From UHGV virus genome UHGV-0230044: DNA of 43,264 nt, one strand, 5' to 3'. The notes beneath the pieces are model-generated. The model was not told where the DNA came from. It ran no database searches and was given only the letters and a program-made list of their open reading frames with translations. The stretch comes from a virus. The translations under genes were made by a program, and so were the position numbers. Below are positions 34,876 through 43,264 of the stretch, in pieces. Position 1 is the stretch's first letter. Every line of letters begins with the position of its first letter.

Positions 34876-36303
34876 CTACTCCTCTTCAAATAGTCCTTTT
34901 TCTTTCGGTTGTGCTTCTTCCACCATTGCTTTTGCGTCCTCTTCTGTCATACCCTCAAATTTGACAAAATACATCCATGCCGGGACTTTTCCTTGTGCCA
35001 CATACTGCCACCATCTGCCACGGTCAGCTTCGCGATCATAAAGGATATCCCCAAAGTCATAGATGACATCATACGTCCCTACAGGTGATAGGCCGTACAG
35101 ATCCGCGTACACATTAAGGGCATATACAGTATCATCAAGACACGCTTCCAGTTGATCACGCACATCCTTGATAAACTGGACAGTGCGCTGCTGGTCGGCT
35201 TCTACACCTGTTGCCGTCTGGATTCCGGAAGACTCATTAAAAACAAAGTACCCGTTTGCGAATCCGGCCTTGTATCCTATCTGACTTAACAAATGATTGA
35301 TTCCCTTGATTCTGACATCTGTGTTAAGCTGTGGGTTGATTTCCTGATAAAATTCTTTCTGATCATTGCCAAACACGTTTTTTACATAATGTGGCAATCC
35401 CTTTGCATCAGCCGGGCCGCGGTGTTTTATACTCTTTCCGCTTTCGTAAAGCAGACGATCATCGGCCAGAATAATTTTTTGACTGTCAAATATCTCTCCC
35501 GCATTCCGGCTGTATGCTATGTCAAGGTCTTTCAGTTCTTCCACGGCTTCGCGGAATATCGGAAGCCCCAGTGGGGACGATATATCTACGTTGTTTGCCT
35601 GCGGCGTGCGGAAGATACCGAACATTGGCTTGTCCAGTGGCTCCCCGGATGCCTTAAGAATCGGCGGTGTGTCCTCCAACATATCGGCCCATTTGGTTTG
35701 CGTAAGCGGTATCGGGTCTCCCAGACTTTCCTCCGACTTAGAAACGTACGCTCGGTTGCTTACATAGTAAGGATAGATCGTCACACCATCCTGCACCGTC
35801 TCAACAAATCTGTGATATTCCAGACGGGTGTACCATTTCTTCCCGGACTGGTACGAATCCTTGAAGATAATGCCGCGCACAGCAAGATTGTCGTAATCAA
35901 CAAGCAGCACGTCCGCCGGGGTAAATGCATCCAGGCTTGTGCCGTTTGGCTTTAAAAACACCGTACCATATGCACAGCCGTACTCCACCCAGTCTCGAAG
36001 CTTTGGATAAACTAAATCTATCTGCTGCTGTAGCCATTCCGCCCGGTCACTGCCTTCCAGGTGTATACCAATTCCAAGAGTTACTAGGCGGGCTGTCTCA
36101 GAGCAAAGAGCCTTTGCAAAATTGATAGTCTTAATACCCTCATCATCGTCCAACCACTCCGGCTGACCGTGGTATATCTTTGCACACTGATCTATAGCCT
36201 TTTCCATCTCCGGAGATACGATAGATTCTACATTAAAGGCATCCTCTGCCTGGCGTTTAAATATCATGCTAAACCACCTTTTTATCGTTGATAAGATTCC
36301 CAT
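34876..36303 (-). CDS. portal protein
   Basis: 475 aa, directly downstream of the large terminase with start/stop coupling. Confidence 0.75.
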   Translation of the reverse strand: MGILSTIKRWFSMIFKRQAEDAFNVESIVSPEMEKAIDQCAKIYHGQPEWLDDDEGIKTINFAKALCSETARLVTLGIGIHLEGSDRAEWLQQQIDLVYPKLRDWVEYGCAYGTVFLKPNGTSLDAFTPADVLLVDYDNLAVRGIIFKDSYQSGKKWYTRLEYHRFVETVQDGVTIYPYYVSNRAYVSKSEESLGDPIPLTQTKWADMLEDTPPILKASGEPLDKPMFGIFRTPQANNVDISSPLGLPIFREAVEELKDLDIAYSRNAGEIFDSQKIILADDRLLYESGKSIKHRGPADAKGLPHYVKNVFGNDQKEFYQEINPQLNTDVRIKGINHLLSQIGYKAGFANGYFVFNESSGIQTATGVEADQQRTVQFIKDVRDQLEACLDDTVYALNVYADLYGLSPVGTYDVIYDFGDILYDREADRGRWWQYVAQGKVPAWMYFVKFEGMTEEDAKAMVEEAQPKEKGLFEEE

Positions 36304-37862
36304 TATGCACTATTCCCCCGTCTCTCCCACAGCGATTCCGTAGCGTAACGGGTCGCATCAATTAAATGATTGTCCCGGTCTGGATAGCCGCTTATGATAT
36401 TGCCATCCTTATCCCGGTCGTATTCGTATTTCTTAAATTCTTTGCATGCTTCCGGTGTTCGGTTCGGGTCCATAACCAGTTTCTTTCCCTGTAGCCACTT
36501 CATGGAGTATTCAACGCTCCCCGGGCCTTTCTTTGCCGCTCTTGCTGGCAAACCATCGTCTCTGTAATCTGTCACAGATTTAGGCTCTGCGCTGTCGCAA
36601 GTTATAACGTAGTCATCATATCCGCGCCGCTTTATCTCCGCAGATGTCCAACTGTTTTTCTTTTTATTCTCGCGAATTTCGTCAATAAAGAATATAGTTT
36701 CACGCGCTGAATCGTAATATATGCGCACAAACGCATACGGATCTGGATACCATCCCCAGTCAACGCCCTGATAGATGCGGTCCATCTGGCTGATTTCTTC
36801 ATCAGTGATCGTCCGTTCTTCGATAAATTCAAAGACATTGCCGCCGTTTCCGTTGGCTTCGCCCATGTACTCGTTTTCGTAGGCAGCAGGATTTACCTCT
36901 TTCAGATGCTCGGCATCATTGATGAACTGTTCACCCAGCCATTCTGCCGGGACATCCTTATATGTGCTTCGGACCACCTTTGCAGCAGAATCCTTGAACT
37001 CTGCTTCCGTGGTGTACTCATTCGCCCAGTTGTTTTTGCTTCTTGGCGGGTTGAAAGACTTAAACCTATACGCCTTGTCACCGCCACGGATAGCCGACTG
37101 CTGTATGTTTCTGACCTCTTCCGGACCGGCGAACTGGTCCAGCTCCTCAAACCACGAGATACCGATATAACCAAACTCCGGCTTTATGGACTTAATCTTA
37201 AGCGGATCGTCAGCGCCGCGGAAGTATATCTTCTGCCCGGTCGGCTTGTATGTTATCTCAAACGGAGAAGTCTTGAACTTAAATTCGTCCTCCAGTCCCA
37301 TCTTCGATATGGCCCACTTAATCTGTGCATAAACGGAATCCTTGATAGTGTTGCCGACCTTACGCAGCACCAGGGCGTGCATATCTGAGTTGTTTTTCAG
37401 TATCTCTGTGATAATGCACGAAATCACGGAAGACTTCGTGCTACCGCGTCCGCCGGGCAAAACATATTCTGTGTGTAGTCCGCGCCGGATGTCACGCACC
37501 ATCGGGTGAAACACATCGGCTATGATATCAAGGTCAAGATGGTACTCACCTGCTGCTCTGGCGGCTTCTGATACTGCAGTAAGTTGCTCCCACTTTTCGA
37601 CAGCTAACATGTTCCCTTTTAATGCGCTCCTATATACAGAAGCTGCAACAGCTGCGTTGTTGTCAGCGTTCTCCTCATCAATTCCAAGCTGTACCAGTTT
37701 TCTTTTTACATTATCAGGAGCCGGGTTATCTGCAATCATTCTGGCAAGCTCTGAAAGCGTCTTTTTTTTTCGGCGTGCCTGTCCGGATTTTTTTCCGCCC
37801 TTGGACTGTTCATCGACAGTTAGCTTATGTGCTCCTGCGATTAAGTTTTTCTCGTTTGCCAT
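36303..37862 (-). CDS. terL: terminase large subunit (with basic N-terminal extension)
   Basis: Walker A-like VLPGGRGSTKSS. Acidic nuclease-like C-terminal half. N-terminal 50 aa are Lys/Arg-rich (KGGKKSGQARRKKKTLSELARMIADN). Confidence 0.85.
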   Translation of the reverse strand: MANEKNLIAGAHKLTVDEQSKGGKKSGQARRKKKTLSELARMIADNPAPDNVKRKLVQLGIDEENADNNAAVAASVYRSALKGNMLAVEKWEQLTAVSEAARAAGEYHLDLDIIADVFHPMVRDIRRGLHTEYVLPGGRGSTKSSVISCIITEILKNNSDMHALVLRKVGNTIKDSVYAQIKWAISKMGLEDEFKFKTSPFEITYKPTGQKIYFRGADDPLKIKSIKPEFGYIGISWFEELDQFAGPEEVRNIQQSAIRGGDKAYRFKSFNPPRSKNNWANEYTTEAEFKDSAAKVVRSTYKDVPAEWLGEQFINDAEHLKEVNPAAYENEYMGEANGNGGNVFEFIEERTITDEEISQMDRIYQGVDWGWYPDPYAFVRIYYDSARETIFFIDEIRENKKKNSWTSAEIKRRGYDDYVITCDSAEPKSVTDYRDDGLPARAAKKGPGSVEYSMKWLQGKKLVMDPNRTPEACKEFKKYEYDRDKDGNIISGYPDRDNHLIDATRYATESLWERRGNSA

Positions 37863-37890
37863 GCAATCAGCTTCTCACCTTTCTTTTTCT

Positions 37891-39018
37891 TCAACGGACC
37901 AATTCTGCTTTGTTACCCGTAAACTTTTCCCACCTATCCACTATGACATCACAGTAAGCAGGATCATACTCCATTATTCTGCATTTTCTTTCCATCTGTT
38001 CGCATGCAATCAGCGTTGATCCGGAGCCGCCGAACAAATCAAGCACGATGTCGCCGCGCTCTGTTGTGTTTCGTATCGCAAACTCGGACAACTTAACTGG
38101 TTTTTGCGTTGGATGCACATAACTGGACGATGAATCTTTTTTGATGGTCCATACTGACCCTATTCTTTTTCCTGTTAATTCCTTACCATTGCTTGCGCAA
38201 AGTATAACTTCATAGTCTGTGCTAAAAGTGTGTTTTAAATCTCCAATTCCACCGCCGCCCTTATTCCAGATAATCATGTTGGTTAGCTCATGATATTTTT
38301 TAAAAAGCGGCAGCCATTTATCAAGAACTTTCCACGTTGTGCATACGAATACAAAGCCATTACATACTAACTGTATATTTGGGAAAAAGTCTAATATCTT
38401 ATCATCATTTTCGATAACATCAAATTTTTTACTTTTATTTCTCGCATTGCTCTGATACTCATATCCATAAGGAGGATCCGTGAAGCACATATCTGCTTTT
38501 TCACCTTGCATCAGTTTTTCGACATCTGTTGTGCACGTGCTATCACCGCACAAAAGAACATGCTCTCCCATTTTCCAAATATCGCCCTTTTGTGTTACTG
38601 GTTCTTTTGGTTTTACAGGCTCGTAGCCGTCCTCTTCAACTTCTTTCTCTTCTTCCAGTACCTCAAAGCCGAAGTCAGTCATGTCAATATCGAATATTTC
38701 TTCCAGTTCTTCATTGAGCAAATCTATGTCCCATTCTGCTTGTTCCGCGACCTTGTTGTCTGCCAGCCGAAATGCTTTTATCTGCTCATCCGTAAGGTCA
38801 TCTGCGATAATGACCGGGACAGTATTTATACCAAGTTTTTTGGCAGCTTTATATCTGGTATGCCCCGCAACAATGACATTGTTTTTATCAATAATTATCG
38901 GAACTTTAAACCCAAACTGTTTTATGCTTTCTGCTACATATGCTACAGCACTGTTGTTTTTGCGAGGGTTTTTCTCATATGGCCTTATGTCTTTTATGTT
39001 AATTTCTTTTACGTTCAT
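37891..39018 (-). CDS. ParB-like nuclease domain / N6-N4 DNA methyltransferase fusion
   Basis: N-terminal ParB-like region (IKDIRPYEKNPRKN...IIDKNNVIVAGHTRYKAAKKLG). C-terminal MTase with motif IV FTDPPYGYEY and motif I VLDLFGGSGSTLIA, in beta-class order. Confidence 0.8.
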   Translation of the reverse strand: MNVKEINIKDIRPYEKNPRKNNSAVAYVAESIKQFGFKVPIIIDKNNVIVAGHTRYKAAKKLGINTVPVIIADDLTDEQIKAFRLADNKVAEQAEWDIDLLNEELEEIFDIDMTDFGFEVLEEEKEVEEDGYEPVKPKEPVTQKGDIWKMGEHVLLCGDSTCTTDVEKLMQGEKADMCFTDPPYGYEYQSNARNKSKKFDVIENDDKILDFFPNIQLVCNGFVFVCTTWKVLDKWLPLFKKYHELTNMIIWNKGGGGIGDLKHTFSTDYEVILCASNGKELTGKRIGSVWTIKKDSSSSYVHPTQKPVKLSEFAIRNTTERGDIVLDLFGGSGSTLIACEQMERKCRIMEYDPAYCDVIVDRWEKFTGNKAELVR

Positions 39019-39085
39019 AAAATCCCCCTTGCAGTTTTCTTTGTATCTGGTTAAGGTTCATACTATCACCCTATTTTCATTTTAT

Positions 39086-39130
39086 TTCAATTAAAATAAA
39101 GGTGTATCACCGCTTTGTGATGATACACCT
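39086..39130 (-). terminator. rho-independent terminator between early and late operons (10-bp stem AGGTGTATCA/TGATACACCT, T-run on minus strand)
   Basis: Perfect inverted repeat seen in the sequence. The minus strand reads TTTATTTTAATTGAA after the hairpin. Confidence 0.5.
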
Positions 39131-39352
39131 AGTTGGTTGCCATTATATTCTTATACGCTCTCCTCATTATTGTCCAGTTTAATGAATGATGTATTCCTTG
39201 TATTGCTCGAGTAGATTTTCCATGCGAATACAATCGTTGCTTCTATCGAGATACCCTGCAATAAAAAAACCTTGTTCTATATTGCATATCCTTAAATACA
39301 GCTTTTTATATATCCATTTGTAGAATTTTCTTCTAATCATCATTCACACCTT

Positions 39353-39757
39353 TCAGTTTAACTCAATTGCTTCAGCCTTAGAAATTGGCTGACTATTGTA
39401 GGTAACAGTAATTTCTCTCTGATATGCAAAATGGCTATGGCAATATGGACATTCGCAATCATTATCATCATCGTCCATCTCAAAACTCTCAATCTCACTT
39501 TCGCAATATGGACAAACAATTTCATCGGTAAAATCATGGTCTTCTGGTTCATCTGGAAGTTCAAGTACATTCAGCTCTTTTACCACCGCATAATTCTGTT
39601 TTGGTGCAATACAACAAACTGTATATAAATGTCCTCTAATTTTCAAAAGATCATCTATTTCAATTTTTCTGTCAACTTCAATGAGTGGAATCGCATTTTT
39701 ATTTACCGGTTCAAAGATACCAACTTCTGATTTTTCATATACTTTCATTGCTTGCAT
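39353..39757 (-). CDS. zinc-ribbon protein (CPYC...CPYC)
   Basis: IVCPYCESEIESFEMDDDDNDCECPYCHSHF forms two CxxC pairs. Acidic. Confidence 0.5.
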   Translation of the reverse strand: MQAMKVYEKSEVGIFEPVNKNAIPLIEVDRKIEIDDLLKIRGHLYTVCCIAPKQNYAVVKELNVLELPDEPEDHDFTDEIVCPYCESEIESFEMDDDDNDCECPYCHSHFAYQREITVTYNSQPISKAEAIELN

Positions 39758-39899
39758 TTCCTCCGCTAAATCTTAATTTTAATCCAAACTCTTCTTTTAT
39801 GATTTCTATCGCTTTCAATGCTCCGTCTTCGTATCCGTCATAATATTCTGGCTCATCCGCAACAAGAATCATGTCGGACCCATTATCAGCAATCTCTCC

Positions 39900-40937
39900 T
39901 TAAATCTGTACCATTTCCCGGACATCTCTCAGAGTTTTTGGCGTTGATTGAGCATAATACATGCTTGTCACCGCTGGGCTGGCATGTCCTAGAATTTCTT
40001 GGATGATACCGATATCAACCTTTCTGTTTTTTAAATTCATTCCAAGCGTTTTCCTCATTTTATGAGGATATACCGCGCTTTTTACATCTGCTCTCTTTCC
40101 AATATCTTTAATTATGACTCTTAAACCGCATACGCTCATTTTATTGTATGGTGCCCTGGTCTGTGGAAACATGTACGGGCTGCTGTCCGTTCTGCTTTCA
40201 AGATATTCATTGTAATAGTGCCTTGCATCATCATCAAGGTATAATGTGCGGTATCTGCCGCCCTTCTCCCCTTTGATGAGTATATCTCCCGTTTCTGTAT
40301 TGATCTGGTCGATTCTGATCTCTGAGATTTCTCCAACCCGCGCTCCGGTGCTGCGGAATACCTCAATGATCGCACGCTCTCTTTTTGTGCGGCAAGCGTC
40401 ACGCATCTGGATAATCTCCGACCGGCTAAAGTAATCAATTGGCTTTAGCGCAATCTTTTTCGCTTCCGTTGCTTCCACAGGATTTTCATCAATGAGTTTT
40501 GATTTTCGCATCCATGTGTAAAAAGCCGAAAGGAATCGGCGCTCGTTATTGTATGTGCTGTCCTGTACCTTTTCACTTTTTGTTCCTAGGCGTTTCTCGT
40601 ACTGTGCCAAATACCACTCCACATCAAATGTATCTACACTGTCCAACGACTTCCCCATCATGTCAGATAACCTTTTTACAGATCGGATATATCCGCTGAT
40701 TGTCGCAGGACTGAGCCCGCGCTTTTTGATCTTGAAAAGTTCCAGTAAATAGCGGTTTCTTTTTTCTACATCTGTTTTCCACTCCGCTGGAAGAGATGTG
40801 ATTTCCTGCACATTTACCTTTGTAAGCTCACTCGATACTACACTATCCAGGATTGCAAGTGTGTCCGAATCAGAAATGTAAATCGACATTGCAACAATGA
40901 TGTTATCAACGATTTCTCTTTTGATATTCTGGCCCAT
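39900..40937 (-). CDS. second tyrosine recombinase (Xer/integrase-like)
   Basis: Start placed at the ATG after RBS GGGAGGA. C-terminal HKMRKTLGMNL...LGHASPAVTSMYYA carries the R...HxxR...H...Y signature. N-terminal SAM-like domain. Confidence 0.8.
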   Translation of the reverse strand: MGQNIKREIVDNIIVAMSIYISDSDTLAILDSVVSSELTKVNVQEITSLPAEWKTDVEKRNRYLLELFKIKKRGLSPATISGYIRSVKRLSDMMGKSLDSVDTFDVEWYLAQYEKRLGTKSEKVQDSTYNNERRFLSAFYTWMRKSKLIDENPVEATEAKKIALKPIDYFSRSEIIQMRDACRTKRERAIIEVFRSTGARVGEISEIRIDQINTETGDILIKGEKGGRYRTLYLDDDARHYYNEYLESRTDSSPYMFPQTRAPYNKMSVCGLRVIIKDIGKRADVKSAVYPHKMRKTLGMNLKNRKVDIGIIQEILGHASPAVTSMYYAQSTPKTLRDVREMVQI

Positions 40938-41053
40938 AGTAATCCTCCCTCTTGCAGAATCTGCAAAGGTCTGATACAATGGACCTAAGCAGATCAGGTA
41001 AGTGGCGGTAACATCTTGGCGGGTGTCCACCACTTATTTTTTTGTGTCATTGT

Positions 41054-41368
41054 CTAGCTCCTTTTATACTTCCAAAAGCCAAAAAGCTTAAGTCTGTGGT
41101 AAAATTCTGCTTTTACTTTCCTCCGGTATCCATAAAAGTCATCTGCCTTTGCCGGAATATCTCTCCCGCGCCGGATCAACGTATAATATCCGTCTCCGGT
41201 CACCAGACTATCATATGTCTGGATTTCAAGCCCTGGCGCTTTTGATATCGCACAGCCAAATAGTATGATTTTTATCTCAGGATCCGGACTCCTGCAATAT
41301 AGGTCAAGTTGTGATTCGTCCTCTTTTGGCACGTTGTAGTCAGATAACTTAGCTTCTCTTGTCCTCAT
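41054..41368 (-). CDS. hypothetical protein
   Basis: 104-aa ORF. Confidence 0.4.
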   Translation of the reverse strand: MRTREAKLSDYNVPKEDESQLDLYCRSPDPEIKIILFGCAISKAPGLEIQTYDSLVTGDGYYTLIRRGRDIPAKADDFYGYRRKVKAEFYHRLKLFGFWKYKRS

Positions 41369-41394
41369 CTAATCTCCTTCTTCTTTTTTTGCTG

Positions 41395-41685
41395 TCAGAT
41401 ATATCGTAGATTATAGCCACTCCGTTTGAGGCGTTTTACAATCTCGTCCCAGTCTTTTAACAAACTTATCTTTGCTCTGTCTTTTACTGGTTTTTCTTCT
41501 TTTTTCTTGGTTACAAGCTTCGAGCATCCCCAGCAGATCCTATAGTAGCCACCTCTAGCTTTCTTTTGCCCGTTACACCAACCTGTCCCGTTGTCGTAGT
41601 AGCATGACATTCTTTTCCCCTTTCCGCAGCTATCCGGCGCATGGCTGCTATTACGTATTCCGTGCCCGGGTTTGTTTTTTTCCAC
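41395..41685 (-). CDS. Cys-rich putative zinc-finger protein
   Basis: CGKGKRMSCYYDNGTGWCNGQKKARGGYYRICWGCSKL. An alternative start at the ATG at 41610 is preceded by an RBS. Confidence 0.4.
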   Translation of the reverse strand: MEKNKPGHGIRNSSHAPDSCGKGKRMSCYYDNGTGWCNGQKKARGGYYRICWGCSKLVTKKKEEKPVKDRAKISLLKDWDEIVKRLKRSGYNLRYI

Positions 41686-41707
41686 ATGGCTGTATCTCCG
41701 CTAAATT

Positions 41708-42007
41708 TCAGTTTTCCATATCAAGCTCTTCGCAAATTTCCTCGTAATACCTCTTTTCATCCGCAAAATGGTCGTACACCATTTCCTCTACCATCATTTT
41801 GGCATCATGCTCACACATTTCCTTGCCGGTCAGCAAGTCCCAGTATGTATCGAGCACATTCGATGTTGTAAACCAATCTCCCTCTGAATCTCTAAACAAC
41901 GCCACTATGACTTTGGGATCATCTCCATGATGCCCGAACACAAGCGTGTGAACCACTGCGCCGGATGGTTCTTTGCTCTCTACCCACTTTTTCATAGTAT
42001 CCTCCAA
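41708..42007 (-). CDS. hypothetical protein
   Basis: 99-aa ORF. Confidence 0.4.
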   Translation of the reverse strand: MEDTMKKWVESKEPSGAVVHTLVFGHHGDDPKVIVALFRDSEGDWFTTSNVLDTYWDLLTGKEMCEHDAKMMVEEMVYDHFADEKRYYEEICEELDMEN

Positions 42008-42021
42008 ATCTTAACTTTCAG

Positions 42022-42312
42022 TTAATACATTGTTTCTATATCCTTATCTGCAGGAAACTGGAACACGCAATTTTTATTATAAAATCCATTTTCAAATTCT
42101 ACACTTTCTCTTAACCACGACTTTCTCAACATTTCCATAGCCTTAAGAGCTCTTTCTTTTGTAGAATACTGCCCTAATGTTGTAACTTCTTTATCTCCAG
42201 ATAACTGTATTGATACAGCACTTTTGTTTATTGGGTTAAGAAAAATCACGCTTTTATCATACGGATAATCCAGACGCCCATCCTGTGAAACTACTCTCAT
42301 ATTTCCCTCCAC
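42022..42312 (-). CDS. hypothetical protein
   Basis: 96-aa ORF. Confidence 0.4.
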   Translation of the reverse strand: MEGNMRVVSQDGRLDYPYDKSVIFLNPINKSAVSIQLSGDKEVTTLGQYSTKERALKAMEMLRKSWLRESVEFENGFYNKNCVFQFPADKDIETMY

Positions 42313-42318
42313 AAAATC

Positions 42319-42606
42319 TTAATCTTTCAGTTCTTCTATGGCTTTTTTATATTTCTGTACCATTTTATTGAAAAACTTAGCCATTTCTACAAGAGCTTTC
42401 TCCTTTGCTTCATTCATATCTTCCGTTTTCAAAGGTACGTTGCTAATATTCAATTCATAGCATGATAACAGCCATTCATTGCCATAATCTATATGTTTAT
42501 GAACCCAAAACTTAATTCCATTAGCCTCATTTTCTAATACACGTATTTCTCTTTTTACGTCATTTCGACTATACGTAGTAATATCTTTATACATCTTTCC
42601 CTCCAC
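42319..42606 (-). CDS. hypothetical protein
   Basis: 95-aa ORF. Confidence 0.4.
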   Translation of the reverse strand: MEGKMYKDITTYSRNDVKREIRVLENEANGIKFWVHKHIDYGNEWLLSCYELNISNVPLKTEDMNEAKEKALVEMAKFFNKMVQKYKKAIEELKD

Positions 42607-42649
42607 TAAATCCTAAATTAGGATATCTCATCATCTTTCCTTCCTGCAT

Positions 42650-42844
42650 CTAATGACTTATAACTTCTGTACAAATATCGAACAGACCACACCCTCTATT
42701 TTCAATAATGCCATCGACACCATTTTTATTAAGTTCTTCTTGCCGTTTTAAAGCTTTTCTTTCAGATGTCCATACACTGTCGATAACATAATAACTATCA
42801 TCGGCAAATCCACAAGCCATAACGATGTATACTACATTCTGCAT
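42650..42844 (-). CDS. hypothetical protein (start at ATG MQNVVYIV after RBS GAGGAAGTG)
   Basis: The track ORF start at 42922 is in a different register from the upstream small ORF. The internal ATG has a good RBS. Confidence 0.4.
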   Translation of the reverse strand: MQNVVYIVMACGFADDSYYVIDSVWTSERKALKRQEELNKNGVDGIIENRGCGLFDICTEVISH

Positions 42845-42987
42845 TTTTTCACTTCCTCTACATAATCTGGACACTCTACCGCATACTCGTAAGCATCCAT
42901 ATAATCGCACTGTGACCTGCAAGTGTCATTTGACGGACACTCCATGCAGCAGTACGGTGATCCGAATGTACATTCGTTCTTACACAT
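42832..42987 (-). CDS. 51-aa cysteine-rich small protein (9 Cys), not in ORF track
   Basis: Translated by hand as MCKNECTFGSPYCCMECPSNDTCRSQCDYMDAYEYAVECPDYVEEVKKCRM. RBS GTGAGGAA lies 5 nt before the ATG. Stop overlaps the next start. Confidence 0.35.
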   Translation of the reverse strand: MCKNECTFGSPYCCMECPSNDTCRSQCDYMDAYEYAVECPDYVEEVKKCRM

Positions 42988-43067
42988 CCTGTTCCTCACT
43001 TTCTATTTCGGCTTCTAGCTTGTCCAGATCTCCTGATAGAACCAGGGCCATTGCCTCTTATCCTTCT

Positions 43068-43259
43068 TCAATCAATGTCACCGGAATAATCTTCATTCCA
43101 CAAGGCTTCAAAGTTTTCAACCGTCCTTCTGACCGCATTTTCATAAGCTTCTGCTTCTTCATCAGACAGCGTTCTGTTCGCAATCTCCGGCGGTTCAAGT
43201 CGAACTATTCCGTATTTTTCACGGATCATTGCTCTTGTCATAAGCCACCACCTTCCCAA
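43068..43259 (-). CDS. hypothetical phage early protein
   Basis: 63-aa ORF at the right edge. Same polarity as the leftmost gene. Confidence 0.4.
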   Translation of the reverse strand: MGRWWLMTRAMIREKYGIVRLEPPEIANRTLSDEEAEAYENAVRRTVENFEALWNEDYSGDID

Positions 43260-43264
43260 CTCTT

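Noticed and set aside
36303-37862. Large terminase as a TerS-TerL fusion
   Set aside because: The basic N-terminal 50 aa are too short for a TerS oligomerisation domain. Noted only as an extension.
1-43264. Two different prophages integrated in tandem at one tRNA site (left: early genes plus int; right: late genes)
   Set aside because: The two halves are complementary, not redundant: one replication module, one packaging/head/tail/lysis set, one lysogeny module, and identical polarity across the window edges. So a single circularly permuted genome is more parsimonious. This cannot be formally excluded without the flanking sequence.

Overview
The whole window reads as one temperate siphovirus-like phage genome of a low-GC Gram-positive, probably spore-forming Clostridia-type host, written in its attP (circularly permuted or excised) configuration. 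No unambiguous host housekeeping gene is present. Almost everything is transcribed on the minus strand in a single polarity that runs off the left edge and re-enters at the right edge. The order is: a Cro-like gene (10563), excisionase, early/replication genes (Gp157, ERF annealase, Hjc-like resolvase, replisome organizer, a C5 cytosine methyltransferase) down to nt 4; then from 43259 more early genes, a second tyrosine recombinase, a ParB-nuclease/N6-N4 methyltransferase fusion, large terminase, portal, head morphogenesis protein, scaffold, major capsid, neck proteins, tape measure, tail tip and fibre genes, XkdX, and an M15 endolysin ending at 13801. The plus strand carries only the lysogeny operon (CI/ImmR-like XRE repressor, ImmA metalloprotease, bPH_2 membrane protein, tyrosine integrase at 12224-13465) and two AT-rich moron-like genes. 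Right after the integrase lies an attP-like region: a tRNA 3'-end fragment flanked by direct ATGCAACACG arm-type repeats, then a truncated Mn-catalase/CotJC-like gene remnant. The most unusual part is a ~4 kb accessory island (29360-33646) inserted between the head-morphogenesis gene and the scaffold/capsid genes. It holds three tRNAs (Met-CAT, Thr-TGT, Gln-TTG), a sigma-70 region-4-like regulator, a papain-fold enzyme, and several low-complexity proteins that look like spore-coat or exosporium proteins (BclA C-terminal-domain-like, YjcZ-like Gly-rich, Q/Y/P-rich GerQ-like, Q/M-rich, RG/Y-rich). Other notable points: a C5 methyltransferase with two tandem target-recognition-like repeats, a holin displaced 12 kb from the lysin next to an HNH endonuclease, a tail-fibre ORF that continues in the +1 frame with no start codon, a G/T chaperone slippery site, a tail protein with a C-terminal S74 self-cleaving chaperone domain, and well-defined operator repeats in the lysogeny switch. 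All homology calls come from motif and pattern recognition by eye; no database search was possible.
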